Below, piece by piece: positions 1 through 8,961 of a stretch of DNA of 33,918 nucleotides (its first letter is position 1; every line of letters begins with the position of its first letter). A program made the position numbers and the translations under genes. Source of the DNA: a virus (taxonomy: Duplodnaviria > Caudoviricetes); IMG/VR virus record IMGVR_UViG_3300025084_002696, positions 1 through 33,918 of that record; one strand, given 5' to 3'. A model generated the notes under the pieces. The model worked only from the letters and a program-made list of their open reading frames with translations. It was not told where the DNA came from and did not search any database.

Positions 1-1
1 T

Positions 2-871
2 CATCTTGTTGATGATTCTTTGCATATAGTTATCAACTTCTGCTGGTGGTATGTTTCCGATATCAATCTTGAATACTCGTTTAGAAGGTGCTCTCATAAT
101 TCTGTGAATTAACATAGCGTCTTCCATAAGTGTTAATTGTTTCCAAATCTTTCTCGTAGACTCAACCATAGATTTACCATAAGGTAAGAAGTTACTATCG
201 TTTGCTAATCTGAAATGTGCGATTTGAAAGTTTTCAAATTCTATTTTTCCTTTACCACTTTGTTTTTGTCCAAAGTAAGGGTGTGCTCCTTCAATACTTT
301 CCAAGTAGAATTTTGTATAATAAGGATTTTCTGGGTCTTCTCCCTCTGCTCTAATGATTTCATAAGGTGATAATGGAACTACATTTGTAATTCCGTATTT
401 TTCATTAATGTCTAAATGTAAAAAGAAATCACCATACTTAACCATATTACGAACCCAAGGCCATAGATTGAACTCGACATTCATAATATCATAAAATAAA
501 TTATGTAGAATTTCTTTGATGTTTTCATTATCAGATTTGATAGTGACCACTTCACCATACTCACCCTTCATAGTAGATTCATCTGAATAGATATCCAATG
601 CTGATGAAATGATTGGGTCGGAATCCATTGATTCATAATCTTTAAACAATGCCAATCTTGCCGCCATAATTTGATGAACGGTTGAATAACCTGTTCCCAC
701 TAAATCTAAATTGTTGTGTAGTTTTGTATATCTATCAACAAGATGACTCTTGACTTGTTTTTGTACTTGGTCTGTATCGGCTATCTTTAATTTTTTACCA
801 CCGACATTTCTTACGATTACATTTGTACTAAATAATCTCTGTAATCTACCAAATAATGTTGTATCTGCCAT
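2..871 (-). CDS. T4 gp20-like portal protein, N-terminal 290 aa (runs off left edge; absent from ORF track)
   Basis: Manual translation from ATG at 871 (GAGG Shine-Dalgarno upstream): MADTTLFGRLQRLFSTNV...DYESMDSDPIISSALDIY...VRNMVKYGDFF...PYGKSMVE...WKQLTLMEDAMLIHRIMRAPSKRVFKIDIGNIPP. These match gp20 motifs, and the gene lies directly downstream of the terminase. Confidence 0.93.
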   Translation of the reverse strand, partial: MADTTLFGRLQRLFSTNVIVRNVGGKKLKIADTDQVQKQVKSHLVDRYTKLHNNLDLVGTGYSTVHQIMAARLALFKDYESMDSDPIISSALDIYSDESTMKGEYGEVVTIKSDNENIKEILHNLFYDIMNVEFNLWPWVRNMVKYGDFFLHLDINEKYGITNVVPLSPYEIIRAEGEDPENPYYTKFYLESIEGAHPYFGQKQSGKGKIEFENFQIAHFRLANDSNFLPYGKSMVESTRKIWKQLTLMEDAMLIHRIMRAPSKRVFKIDIGNIPPAEVDNYMQRIINKM

Positions 872-884
872 TTTTTACCTCACT

Positions 885-2456
885 TTATAAGAGCCAATCT
901 AAAGACTCTTTCTCTTTTCCTGTATCCCACTCCCAACTATCGTTTTTGTTTGCGTCTTCTGGGGTGTATAAACCCTCAGTATCGTTCATTCTACTAAGAG
1001 TTTTTTTTGTTAATTCAATTCCCTCAGTTCGTAATCTTAAAGCAGTATCACGAACCCAAAGTCCAATAGCAAAAGACATTACCAAGTCATCATTGTAACC
1101 CGACATTGCTTCTGCTCTATTATTTATATAGACGAAAGTCAATAGTTCATCAATCAAACGATTACTACGAACCACTACACTTTCCTCTCTAAAAAATTCT
1201 TCTAACTTACTAATAATTAGTGGTCTGGTCTTAGAAGTCGTTGAAAAACCAGCAACCATATTCCTTTCTTGTCTGTTGATTCTATTGTTCATTTGGTGTT
1301 GAACATCAACATATTGTAAGTCTTTACTTGTATAAAATAGATTAGGATAATCCCTATCTATTACTTGTTGGATTGTCGCCCAACCAATATTATTGTTCTC
1401 TATAATAAGTATCGCATCATTATATTCTGTTGATATAGAAACCAACATATTTCCAAAATCTTTGGTATTTATTCTACCTTTGTATTCTGCGACTTGTGTT
1501 AGAGTTTCCAACTCAATAACGTGAAAAGCAGAATAGTCTGTTCCGTCTCCTCTACTAACATCTGCACATACAATATAATTTTTTGCATAATTTGCTGGTT
1601 CCCAAATCCAACAATTATTATCAATACCTCGTTTTTCTAATGGGTCATTACAAGAATTCTTTCTTAATTTTTCCAACAATACTGGGTCAATCACACCTGT
1701 ACCAGATGTTAAGAAGTCACAATCACACTCTTGGGCTGCAGAACTTGGACCCAGTAAAGTATCTTGTTCTTTTCTCCAACTTTCCTCTCTATCTGGGTGT
1801 ACGGTCCAATGTAATTTTATTGGATTAAACATACCACGACCCTCTTCAGCTTCAACCCAAGTTTTATGGAACCAATTACCCACACCATTAGGTGTAGATA
1901 ATGCGATACATTGACCACCAGTCGTTAAGGTAGATTGTGCCGCTGTCCAAATTGAATCAATTCTATCGATGAATGCCGCTTCGTCCAATATCAATAATGA
2001 TAATGCTTCTGAACGGGCTGCTTCTGGACCAGATGATACCGCTTTAATCTGGGAACCATTACGATATCTCAGATTTAATTTGTTATCCTCAACACATCTT
2101 TGTTTCAACCAACTCGGTAAGTTTGCGTGCATAACACGAACTTTAGTTACCAAGTTTTTTGCTACTTCTTGTTTGGTTGCAATTACCAAAACATTTTTGT
2201 CTTGGTGAAATGTCATTAACCACAAACTATATCCGGCTGTCAATGTAGAAATACCCAACTGACGAGCTTTCAGGATTATGTTCATACGATGTTCTTGGAA
2301 CTCACTTATAGACTTTTCTTGAAAGTCGTATAAATCAAAAGGAATCTTTCCTTGTATCGGATGTTGTATCATACAATACTTTTTCATAAAATATGCAGAA
2401 TCTTTTGCACACTTTATATACTCTTGTTTGATTACTTCTTTTAGTTGCTCTGCCAT
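885..2456 (-). CDS. Terminase large subunit, T4 gp17-like
   Basis: LKARQLGIST Walker A, LLILDEAAF Walker B, STPNG motif III, nuclease acidic motifs ADVSRGDGTDYSA and DDLVMS; adjacent to portal. Confidence 0.96.
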   Translation of the reverse strand: MAEQLKEVIKQEYIKCAKDSAYFMKKYCMIQHPIQGKIPFDLYDFQEKSISEFQEHRMNIILKARQLGISTLTAGYSLWLMTFHQDKNVLVIATKQEVAKNLVTKVRVMHANLPSWLKQRCVEDNKLNLRYRNGSQIKAVSSGPEAARSEALSLLILDEAAFIDRIDSIWTAAQSTLTTGGQCIALSTPNGVGNWFHKTWVEAEEGRGMFNPIKLHWTVHPDREESWRKEQDTLLGPSSAAQECDCDFLTSGTGVIDPVLLEKLRKNSCNDPLEKRGIDNNCWIWEPANYAKNYIVCADVSRGDGTDYSAFHVIELETLTQVAEYKGRINTKDFGNMLVSISTEYNDAILIIENNNIGWATIQQVIDRDYPNLFYTSKDLQYVDVQHQMNNRINRQERNMVAGFSTTSKTRPLIISKLEEFFREESVVVRSNRLIDELLTFVYINNRAEAMSGYNDDLVMSFAIGLWVRDTALRLRTEGIELTKKTLSRMNDTEGLYTPEDANKNDSWEWDTGKEKESLDWLL

Positions 2457-2842
2457 TAGTCTACTATTTGACCTGCTAATTTAACTGATGTAGCAGTCAA
2501 AGCTACTCCAAATGTAAAGTATATCCACTTGTTTTCATACCATTTAGGTTGAACGAGTTTTACTTTTTGTTCAAGTAGTTTTGTAGTGTCTTTTAGTAGA
2601 TTAATTTGGTTAGTTTTATTCGCAATCAACATAGAATCTATGACTGAATTTTCCTCAAAAAGTTTCAATTGTGATTCCAAATCCTCAACCAAAGATACAT
2701 TTAAACTATCTTTTAGTTCTAATGTTTTGATTTCGTTTGTGAATGCTAAAACTTCTTCCTCCGTAAAGGTATAGGTTTTTGGTTCAATCACATCTTGACT
2801 GAATAAACTCCCGATTAGTAATATGTAAATTAAATATCTCAT
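2456..2842 (-). CDS. Hypothetical secreted/membrane protein: signal peptide, coiled coil, C-terminal hydrophobic segment
   Basis: N-terminal MRYLIYILLIGSLFS, heptad-like middle, C-terminal KWIYFTFGVALTATSV; stop overlaps terminase start. Confidence 0.75.
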   Translation of the reverse strand: MRYLIYILLIGSLFSQDVIEPKTYTFTEEEVLAFTNEIKTLELKDSLNVSLVEDLESQLKLFEENSVIDSMLIANKTNQINLLKDTTKLLEQKVKLVQPKWYENKWIYFTFGVALTATSVKLAGQIVD

Positions 2843-2845
2843 ATA

Positions 2846-2853
2846 TATAAGTA
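2846..2853 (-). promoter_or_regulatory. Candidate late-promoter-like motif TACTTATA, 3 nt upstream of the ATG at 2842
   Basis: Lies in a short intergenic gap with no Shine-Dalgarno; near-identical to TATTTATA at 10646-10653. Confidence 0.35.
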
Positions 2854-2859
2854 TCTAAC

Positions 2860-3141
2860 TTATTTACTAAACTTCTTTAAAAATTTAACTGCTTCATCGG
2901 CATTGTCTTCTTTTACCGCTTCACCAGCTTTTTCAATCTGTTTTTTAGTAGTAGTAACTTTTCTTTTTAATTTAGCTACTTCTTTTTTGTTAACTTTTTT
3001 CTTTGATTCAAGTTTTGTGACCTCTTTTTCAAGTTCTTTAACTTCTTGGTCTTTTACTTTAATCGCTTTATCTAATTCTTTGACTTCTTGTTTTTTATTA
3101 CCACCAAAAAATAGATTTAGTATTGCATTAATGATTCCCAT
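2860..3141 (-). CDS. Hypothetical Lys-rich coiled-coil protein with amphipathic/hydrophobic N-terminus
   Basis: MGIINAILNLFFGG followed by K/E-rich heptads; GGAG upstream; start overlaps upstream stop. Confidence 0.75.
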   Translation of the reverse strand: MGIINAILNLFFGGNKKQEVKELDKAIKVKDQEVKELEKEVTKLESKKKVNKKEVAKLKRKVTTTKKQIEKAGEAVKEDNADEAVKFLKKFSK

Positions 3142-3710
3142 TATTGTGCTCCTGTTAGTTGTTGTTCTGCTTTTTCTACGATTTCTCTTTTTTCTCGTAT
3201 AAAATCTCTTGCTTCTTGAATTGTTTCTTCAAATTTTTCTTCTGCCATTTCCCATTTATCTTCTTCTAACATTGGTGTATTTACACCAACATTATTATAC
3301 CAAGTTTTTTTACCACCTGTTTTTTCAAAGTCTGTTAAACTTTGTTCTAAATCCTTTAATTGTGATTTTTGATTTTCTAACATTTTTCTTTCTGCCCAAT
3401 CATCAAACTCACCTTTCATTCTTAGTTTGTTTTCAAATTCTACTTGACAATCAAAACAATGACCCATCATTCTCCAAAACTTATCATCAAGTTTTTTCTT
3501 CATTGCTTTTTTACATTCTGGACAAAACCAAGGCATTCTAACTTCTGCCATAATATCAGTCAATTCTGATTTTCTTGTTTTACCACCAAGGTCCTCTGGT
3601 TTCTTACCTTGATATCCAACTTGAACATAATCCTTTTCTACTGGTTTACCTTCAAGAATATTTTGTAACGCTTTATTCTGTCTTTCTGCTTCTTTTGACC
3701 TGTTTGCCAT
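3141..3710 (-). CDS. Hypothetical protein with CxxC...CxxC zinc finger and coiled-coil C-terminus
   Basis: WFCPECKK...HCFDCQ; strong AGGAG Shine-Dalgarno upstream. Confidence 0.8.
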   Translation of the reverse strand: MANRSKEAERQNKALQNILEGKPVEKDYVQVGYQGKKPEDLGGKTRKSELTDIMAEVRMPWFCPECKKAMKKKLDDKFWRMMGHCFDCQVEFENKLRMKGEFDDWAERKMLENQKSQLKDLEQSLTDFEKTGGKKTWYNNVGVNTPMLEEDKWEMAEEKFEETIQEARDFIREKREIVEKAEQQLTGAQ

Positions 3711-3719
3711 TATAACTCC

Positions 3720-6700
3720 TTAAAATTTTAAACTACCTAATATTTGATTGATTGGTGCAAATGCTCCTGTGAATTTGTATATGTTTCCTTTGTATTTGAA
3801 AACCAACCCTTCACTTGGAACGATTGCACTTGAACCCCCGATAGCTTCTAATTTCTCTATTTGTATTTTTAATTTATTTAATTTTTGTACATTGTCTGGT
3901 TTTTGTAAATCTTTTAATGCACTATCTACATCTTTCTTAATTTTTTGAACTGCTGCGTCCGGTGATACTGCTAAGAAACCTGACATATTCTTTAATATTT
4001 CTGCTCCGACTTGAAAGAATAATATTTCAAATGGTTTTATATTGTCTTTAAACATTTTGTTGTGGTCAAGTTTGTCAGTCTTTAATACCCAGTCAATAAA
4101 TTTTGGACTATCTTTAAAGTCTTTTTTAATGTCTCCAATTTTATATGATTTATCAAAGAATGCCCAACGATTAGTTAAGTTCACCAATTGATTGTCTTCT
4201 AACTTTACATTAAATTGTTTTGATGCGTTAAAAATATATTCTTGCCAAAAAGATTGATGATACATACCTAATGTGTCAGTATCTTTTAATCCATATTGAC
4301 TTTGTAATTTATTTAACTTATTTAAAAATGTAGATTTCTTCTTACCAAAGTCCTGAACTTTACTCATCTTTAAGAAATTAGGTTTACTAATTTTAAATGT
4401 TTTTTGTATATTTTGATTTACTTGTCTTATCATACCTTGTAATGTACGAGCAGATTCTTTTGAGTATCCTTTTGCTCTACCACTTTTATCATATTCGGTA
4501 GTTCCGTGGAATACTATTTCTGCTACATCGTAGTCTATTATATTACTTGTTTGTGGATATATAACCTCTAAATTCATCCATTTGGTTCCATTACCAAAAA
4601 TCTTTTTCTTTTGTGAGTCTGATAAAGAACCTATTGATTTTTCTAAATCTCTCATCGCACCTACAAATGCTTTTTTAATATTTCCTCTACCACTAAACAT
4701 ATTAGCGATACCTGCGGTTGTTGGTGCAGTTTTACCACCATTTTTCAGGTGTCCTTTGTTTCGGGCTGCTTTTAACTTTCCGTCTACCCAACTTATCATT
4801 AGGTTTTGTCCGTCAAGTTTTTCAGAAACCTTATCTTCACGATTTAGCTTTCCTTCTAACCCTATAATAATTATGTTCTTCAAGTCTGAAAACGTCAAAT
4901 TATTATCATCAAATGGATGATTCATATGTCCATATGCCCCACCTTCTATTAATAAGTTGACTTCTTGCTCAAATTCTTCCTGAATCTTCTTAATGTGTGT
5001 AACACCCTTTTCAACATCCTTTTTACCAATAGTTGGTGAATCTTTCCAACCTTTCCAATTCTTAAATTTCTTTTCACCGAAGAACTTAACTATTTCCCAA
5101 CCCAATGAATCTAAATTCTTTTTCATTTTCTTTTTATATTTTGGAAATGGATTAGCAACACTATCTGTATTTTTTCTATCTTGGTTAATTGTTTTACCAT
5201 ATGTTACCGTTTTTGCTCTATCTTTTTCATAATCATCTGCCATAATGGTAAACATCATATCTTCGGTATCGTTGATTGGAAAACCTATAACTTCCCAACC
5301 TAATATTTCTGCGTGTTCCGGTGATATTCTGAAGTAGTCATCTAGTGAACCAAAGAAATCATACATACCTTCATCTGACATATCACTTGCATTTACACTA
5401 CTACCGAAACCACTAACTTCTTTTATAATTTTTTTTACATTTGGTTGTTGATAGAATTCAAATAGTTTTTTAAACTTGTTAGTCATCATAGTGTAAACAC
5501 CTTTGTCAAAGTATCCAAATGTTTTTTTAAATATTTGTTCTCTTTTTTTGTCGTCAAACTTTGGACTACCCAATAGATTTCTGATTTCTGTTCCACTTGA
5601 TATACCACTAACTTTTACCGTTGGTGCCGTATAAATGTATCCGTGTTCTTCAAATCCTTTTAAATTGTTGGCATTTGATTTTAAGTCTTGATAATAAGTT
5701 AAACCACCTGATTTTTTCTTTCCACCTTTTAATCTACCGGCGTCTTTTGCTCCAAACACATAAACTACTGCGGTTGTGTCTTTGTTAAATTTTTTCAATA
5801 AGTTATTCGCAACATAAGGAACCTTTTCTTTAATGATACGATTCTTTGGTATTCCCATTTTAACCATATGACGAACCTTTTCATTAAAATTCATTGGGTG
5901 TCTTGGTGGAGCTTTAATATCTGATGTTGTTATGTAAACTTCACCAAACTTACTTTTTAATGCTTCAAATACTTTTTTATGGTGTGGACCAAATGGTTGA
6001 AATCTACCTGGATAAATTGCTACTACTTTTTTAGCTCTTGTATCAACTGAAATTTCATTGACTTTTTTACTCGTATCGGTTTTCATAAATGGGCCACGAG
6101 AAATAGTTCTAAATTTAACTTTTAAATCTTGTCCAAATAATTTTTTTGGATTTAATATTCTTAAAGTAACGAGTTCTGTTTTATTATCTATTTTTTTCGC
6201 TTCAAAATCTATTTCTTTATATTTTTTACCTTTGTAAGTAAGATTAAATCCTGTAATATTTTTGTGTAGTTTTCCACGAACTACTGCTTGTTTTGCTCTT
6301 TCATCAATTTTTTTATATCCGGACATTCTATCGGTTTTGTTTTTCTTGACTGCTTTACGACTTGGTGAAGGAACATCTCCTGCTCCCAATCCAAAGAAAG
6401 ATTCATTAATAATACCACCTCGTTCATTATACCATTTTCTAAATTTTCCTGGTGTTCCTACGGTAACTTGACCTGTTGCAATTTTTTCAGCTGCTTTTTT
6501 AATGTTTGGTAAAGCACTTCTCTTTAATAAAAATACATCTTTAACTTTAATTTGATTGACGAGTATTTCGTTCCACCCGTGTTCTGATGGTTTATCTTTT
6601 TGACTTAATATATGTCGTTTGATTTGTGGTTTGTATTTATCAATAATTTTATAACACATATCAATATATTTTTTAATCCAATCTCTTTTGATAGGACCCA

Positions 6701-7571
6701 TTATTTTTTTCAATTCCTTTTCTTTACCTTCATAACCTCCTTGATAATCGCCGTAATAATCATTCTTATCCATCCACTTCTGTTCTTCTTCTCTTTCTAT
6801 TTTATACCAAGAGCTTCTATCCATTTTATTTTTTTCAATGGCTGATTTTAATTCTTTATACATTTTACCACCAGCAACTTTACCTGCTAAATCTTGAATC
6901 GCAATCCACCTACGACCTGTGTTATCGGGCATTGATTGCATATCTCTTGTGCTTGCAACTAATAAAGTTCCTTCTATTTGATAAATGATACCACCACCTG
7001 ATTGTATACCTTTTCCTTTTGCAAGTTTCTCACCTTTGTCTACTGATGTAAATGTGGATAGTGTTCCTTTTTTTCCAACAATTCTTGAAACTTGTTTTAT
7101 ATCTCTTTCATATTCTGCATTACCAACGTGAAATACACTTACTTTTTCTTTACCCAATATACTTTGTATTTTTTTAGTAGACAATGGAAGATAATTAGCA
7201 TACCAACGACCAAATGTTGCGTCAAATGTTGATGTTCTATGAACCGAATGAAACTTTGGTTCTTTATCATCTTCTTTTAATTTGTAATGTGGATATTCAT
7301 CATCAACACCTTTTCTATCTGAATCTGGTTCTGTTGATTTTTTGTTTGTGGTTTTTGTCGGTAATAACTTTTTGTCGTTTTTGACTAATCTGAATTTGAG
7401 TGCAGGTCTTCCATTGATTAATAAATCACCTTTCTCATTATAGTCAATAGACTTAACTTTCACTCGTTTGTTTTTAAACCTACCCATCAATACATCATCA
7501 CCAACTTTGATTGGTAATTCTACTTCATTGAGAAAAGGTTTAACTAACCATTCTGTTAATTTATTTTTCAT
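3720..7571 (-). CDS. Large multidomain probable internal head protein (~1283 aa): ART-like module, HIGH-superfamily nucleotidyltransferase (cytidylyltransferase/NMNAT-like) domain, C-terminal KxDG ligase-like domain
   Basis: Start re-assigned from 7604 to 7571 (ATGA overlap with upstream stop). YPGRFQPFGPHH...GAKDAGR...SSGTEIR is HIGH-type; GGAYGHMNHPFD...SEKLDGQN...EGLVF...YKFTG resembles ligase motifs I, IV and V. Confidence 0.75.
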   Translation of the reverse strand: MKNKLTEWLVKPFLNEVELPIKVGDDVLMGRFKNKRVKVKSIDYNEKGDLLINGRPALKFRLVKNDKKLLPTKTTNKKSTEPDSDRKGVDDEYPHYKLKEDDKEPKFHSVHRTSTFDATFGRWYANYLPLSTKKIQSILGKEKVSVFHVGNAEYERDIKQVSRIVGKKGTLSTFTSVDKGEKLAKGKGIQSGGGIIYQIEGTLLVASTRDMQSMPDNTGRRWIAIQDLAGKVAGGKMYKELKSAIEKNKMDRSSWYKIEREEEQKWMDKNDYYGDYQGGYEGKEKELKKIMGPIKRDWIKKYIDMCYKIIDKYKPQIKRHILSQKDKPSEHGWNEILVNQIKVKDVFLLKRSALPNIKKAAEKIATGQVTVGTPGKFRKWYNERGGIINESFFGLGAGDVPSPSRKAVKKNKTDRMSGYKKIDERAKQAVVRGKLHKNITGFNLTYKGKKYKEIDFEAKKIDNKTELVTLRILNPKKLFGQDLKVKFRTISRGPFMKTDTSKKVNEISVDTRAKKVVAIYPGRFQPFGPHHKKVFEALKSKFGEVYITTSDIKAPPRHPMNFNEKVRHMVKMGIPKNRIIKEKVPYVANNLLKKFNKDTTAVVYVFGAKDAGRLKGGKKKSGGLTYYQDLKSNANNLKGFEEHGYIYTAPTVKVSGISSGTEIRNLLGSPKFDDKKREQIFKKTFGYFDKGVYTMMTNKFKKLFEFYQQPNVKKIIKEVSGFGSSVNASDMSDEGMYDFFGSLDDYFRISPEHAEILGWEVIGFPINDTEDMMFTIMADDYEKDRAKTVTYGKTINQDRKNTDSVANPFPKYKKKMKKNLDSLGWEIVKFFGEKKFKNWKGWKDSPTIGKKDVEKGVTHIKKIQEEFEQEVNLLIEGGAYGHMNHPFDDNNLTFSDLKNIIIIGLEGKLNREDKVSEKLDGQNLMISWVDGKLKAARNKGHLKNGGKTAPTTAGIANMFSGRGNIKKAFVGAMRDLEKSIGSLSDSQKKKIFGNGTKWMNLEVIYPQTSNIIDYDVAEIVFHGTTEYDKSGRAKGYSKESARTLQGMIRQVNQNIQKTFKISKPNFLKMSKVQDFGKKKSTFLNKLNKLQSQYGLKDTDTLGMYHQSFWQEYIFNASKQFNVKLEDNQLVNLTNRWAFFDKSYKIGDIKKDFKDSPKFIDWVLKTDKLDHNKMFKDNIKPFEILFFQVGAEILKNMSGFLAVSPDAAVQKIKKDVDSALKDLQKPDNVQKLNKLKIQIEKLEAIGGSSAIVPSEGLVFKYKGNIYKFTGAFAPINQILGSLKF

Positions 7572-7933
7572 TTTCTTTTGTAGATTGTTATTCTTCGTTT
7601 CCATACTGATGTTTTTAATTCGTCTTGAACATCTTTTATAGCTTTTACTTTATATAATAGTGTATCGTTCTTTACTAACATACCATATACATTATCAACA
7701 TCCATTTCAGAACCACCTTTTAATCTCTTTGATAAGTCTAATAATTGAGATGAAACACTCTTTTTTAGTATGTCTAAACTATATGAACCCAAACCACTTA
7801 CTACAACGGTAGGATTTTTAGGGTCAAACTTACCCTCTTTCATTTCTTTTTTCCAATTGTAAATATAACCATCATCTTTTGATGATACTTGAATTTTTAC
7901 ATCTTCTTTTAGTAAGTTTTTTAATTTTACCAT
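7568..7933 (-). CDS. Hypothetical probable internal head protein with MVKLKNLLKE leader
   Basis: Start likely 7933 (ATGGTAA overlap with upstream stop) rather than 7942; leader shared with the 9747-10613 protein. Confidence 0.7.
   Translation of the reverse strand: MVKLKNLLKEDVKIQVSSKDDGYIYNWKKEMKEGKFDPKNPTVVVSGLGSYSLDILKKSVSSQLLDLSKRLKGGSEMDVDNVYGMLVKNDTLLYKVKAIKDVQDELKTSVWKRRITIYKRK
7910..7927. repeat. 18-nt exact direct repeat, copy 1 (encodes KLKNLL leader)
   Basis: tagtaagttttttaattt, identical at 10590-10607. Confidence 0.85.
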
Positions 7934-8595
7934 TTGCGACAAGACCAGTAACGAGCTTTGTGTCTTGGGCCGGGATTATCACAATTGTGTCTTGCTCTAA
8001 ATGATTTACGAGCCTGTGGATTAGATTTTCTGATTTTCATCGTTCCACCTTTAGCATCTCCACCTTGTCCGAAGTTTACTTTAACGACATTACCTTTTGG
8101 ATTCTTTACATAAACTTTGAACTTTTTAGCATCACCTTGCATAATTTTACCAAGTTTAACTTTTCTTCCTTGATATTCTGCTTCATTGATATCTTCTTTT
8201 TTAAAATTAAATGAATATCCACCGGCTTCACCTGTATTGGATTCGTAATAAAGTTCGTTTTCACCTAACCAAACATTAGTTTGAACACCCTCTTTCTTTA
8301 CACAATTAGGATATGTTTTACCGAACATTTTCTTCATACCCTTTTGCTCATACCCTTTCCAACACTTTTCATCAAGACTCCAAACCTTAAACTCATTCAC
8401 ATTTTCTTTTTTAGATTTGTTACCCCAATTCTTTGCACCAACTTTTCTACATTTTACCAATGCACCACTAGCGTAAGCAGAAGGCCATACATCGTAACGA
8501 GCTTTTACTTTACGATAACAAGCGTCTTTTTCTCCTGCAGCTTCATCAAATTGAGCTTCTGTAATTGATTTACCTACTAATTCTTCTAACTTCAT
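7927..8595 (-). CDS. Basic Cys-containing modular phage protein (probable virion internal protein)
   Basis: Three small modules (DACYRKVKARYDVWPSAYASGALVKCRK; CWKGYEQKGMKK...PNCVK; AEYQGRKVKL...SFRARHNC...ARYWSC) that I recognise from T4-like marine phages, separated by xxE sites; GGAG upstream. Confidence 0.75.
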   Translation of the reverse strand: MKLEELVGKSITEAQFDEAAGEKDACYRKVKARYDVWPSAYASGALVKCRKVGAKNWGNKSKKENVNEFKVWSLDEKCWKGYEQKGMKKMFGKTYPNCVKKEGVQTNVWLGENELYYESNTGEAGGYSFNFKKEDINEAEYQGRKVKLGKIMQGDAKKFKVYVKNPKGNVVKVNFGQGGDAKGGTMKIRKSNPQARKSFRARHNCDNPGPRHKARYWSCRKW

Positions 8596-8604
8596 TACCT
8601 TCTC

Positions 8605-8961
8605 CTACTTCTTAGGTTTCGTGGATACTCTGATTGGAGCTTTTCCTTGTCCTGCAGATTTCTTACCACCTCTGTTTGCTTTATTTTGTGCTGCTCTCTT
8701 TCTTCGAGTTGCACTTTCCTTATCTTTTTTACTCATACCTGCGGCTTTAGATTTCGGAACACATTTAGCATATCCTCTCTTATCACCACTCGTACCGCAA
8801 GGTGGATGTCCACCGCCTTTTTTCTTTTTACCGATGTTCACCCATTTGTCACTAAACCATTTTTTTAGGTCTTCGTTAGTGATTGAACCACAATTAATAC
8901 AACGACTATCGTCAATCAATTCTGTGATTGCTTCTCTTATTATTTGTCCTACTTGACTCAT
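8605..8961 (-). CDS. Small basic Cys-containing phage protein (probable virion internal protein)
   Basis: EDLKKWFSDKWVNIG...PCG...KCVPKSKA, a motif recurring in large dsDNA viruses; preceded by IRE/ITE/TNE sites. Confidence 0.75.
   Translation of the reverse strand: MSQVGQIIREAITELIDDSRCINCGSITNEDLKKWFSDKWVNIGKKKKGGGHPPCGTSGDKRGYAKCVPKSKAAGMSKKDKESATRRKRAAQNKANRGGKKSAGQGKAPIRVSTKPKK

Noticed and set aside
3141-3710. Terminase small subunit
   Set aside because: Position near the large terminase is suggestive, but the Zn-finger/coiled-coil sequence shows no resemblance to gp16 that I can support.
7572-7604. ORF-track start METKNNN for the 1294-aa protein
   Set aside because: ATG at 7571 gives a canonical ATGA overlap with the upstream stop; the longer start overlaps the upstream gene needlessly. 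Starts at 7942, 17070, 22925, 24527 and 28351 were shortened on similar grounds.
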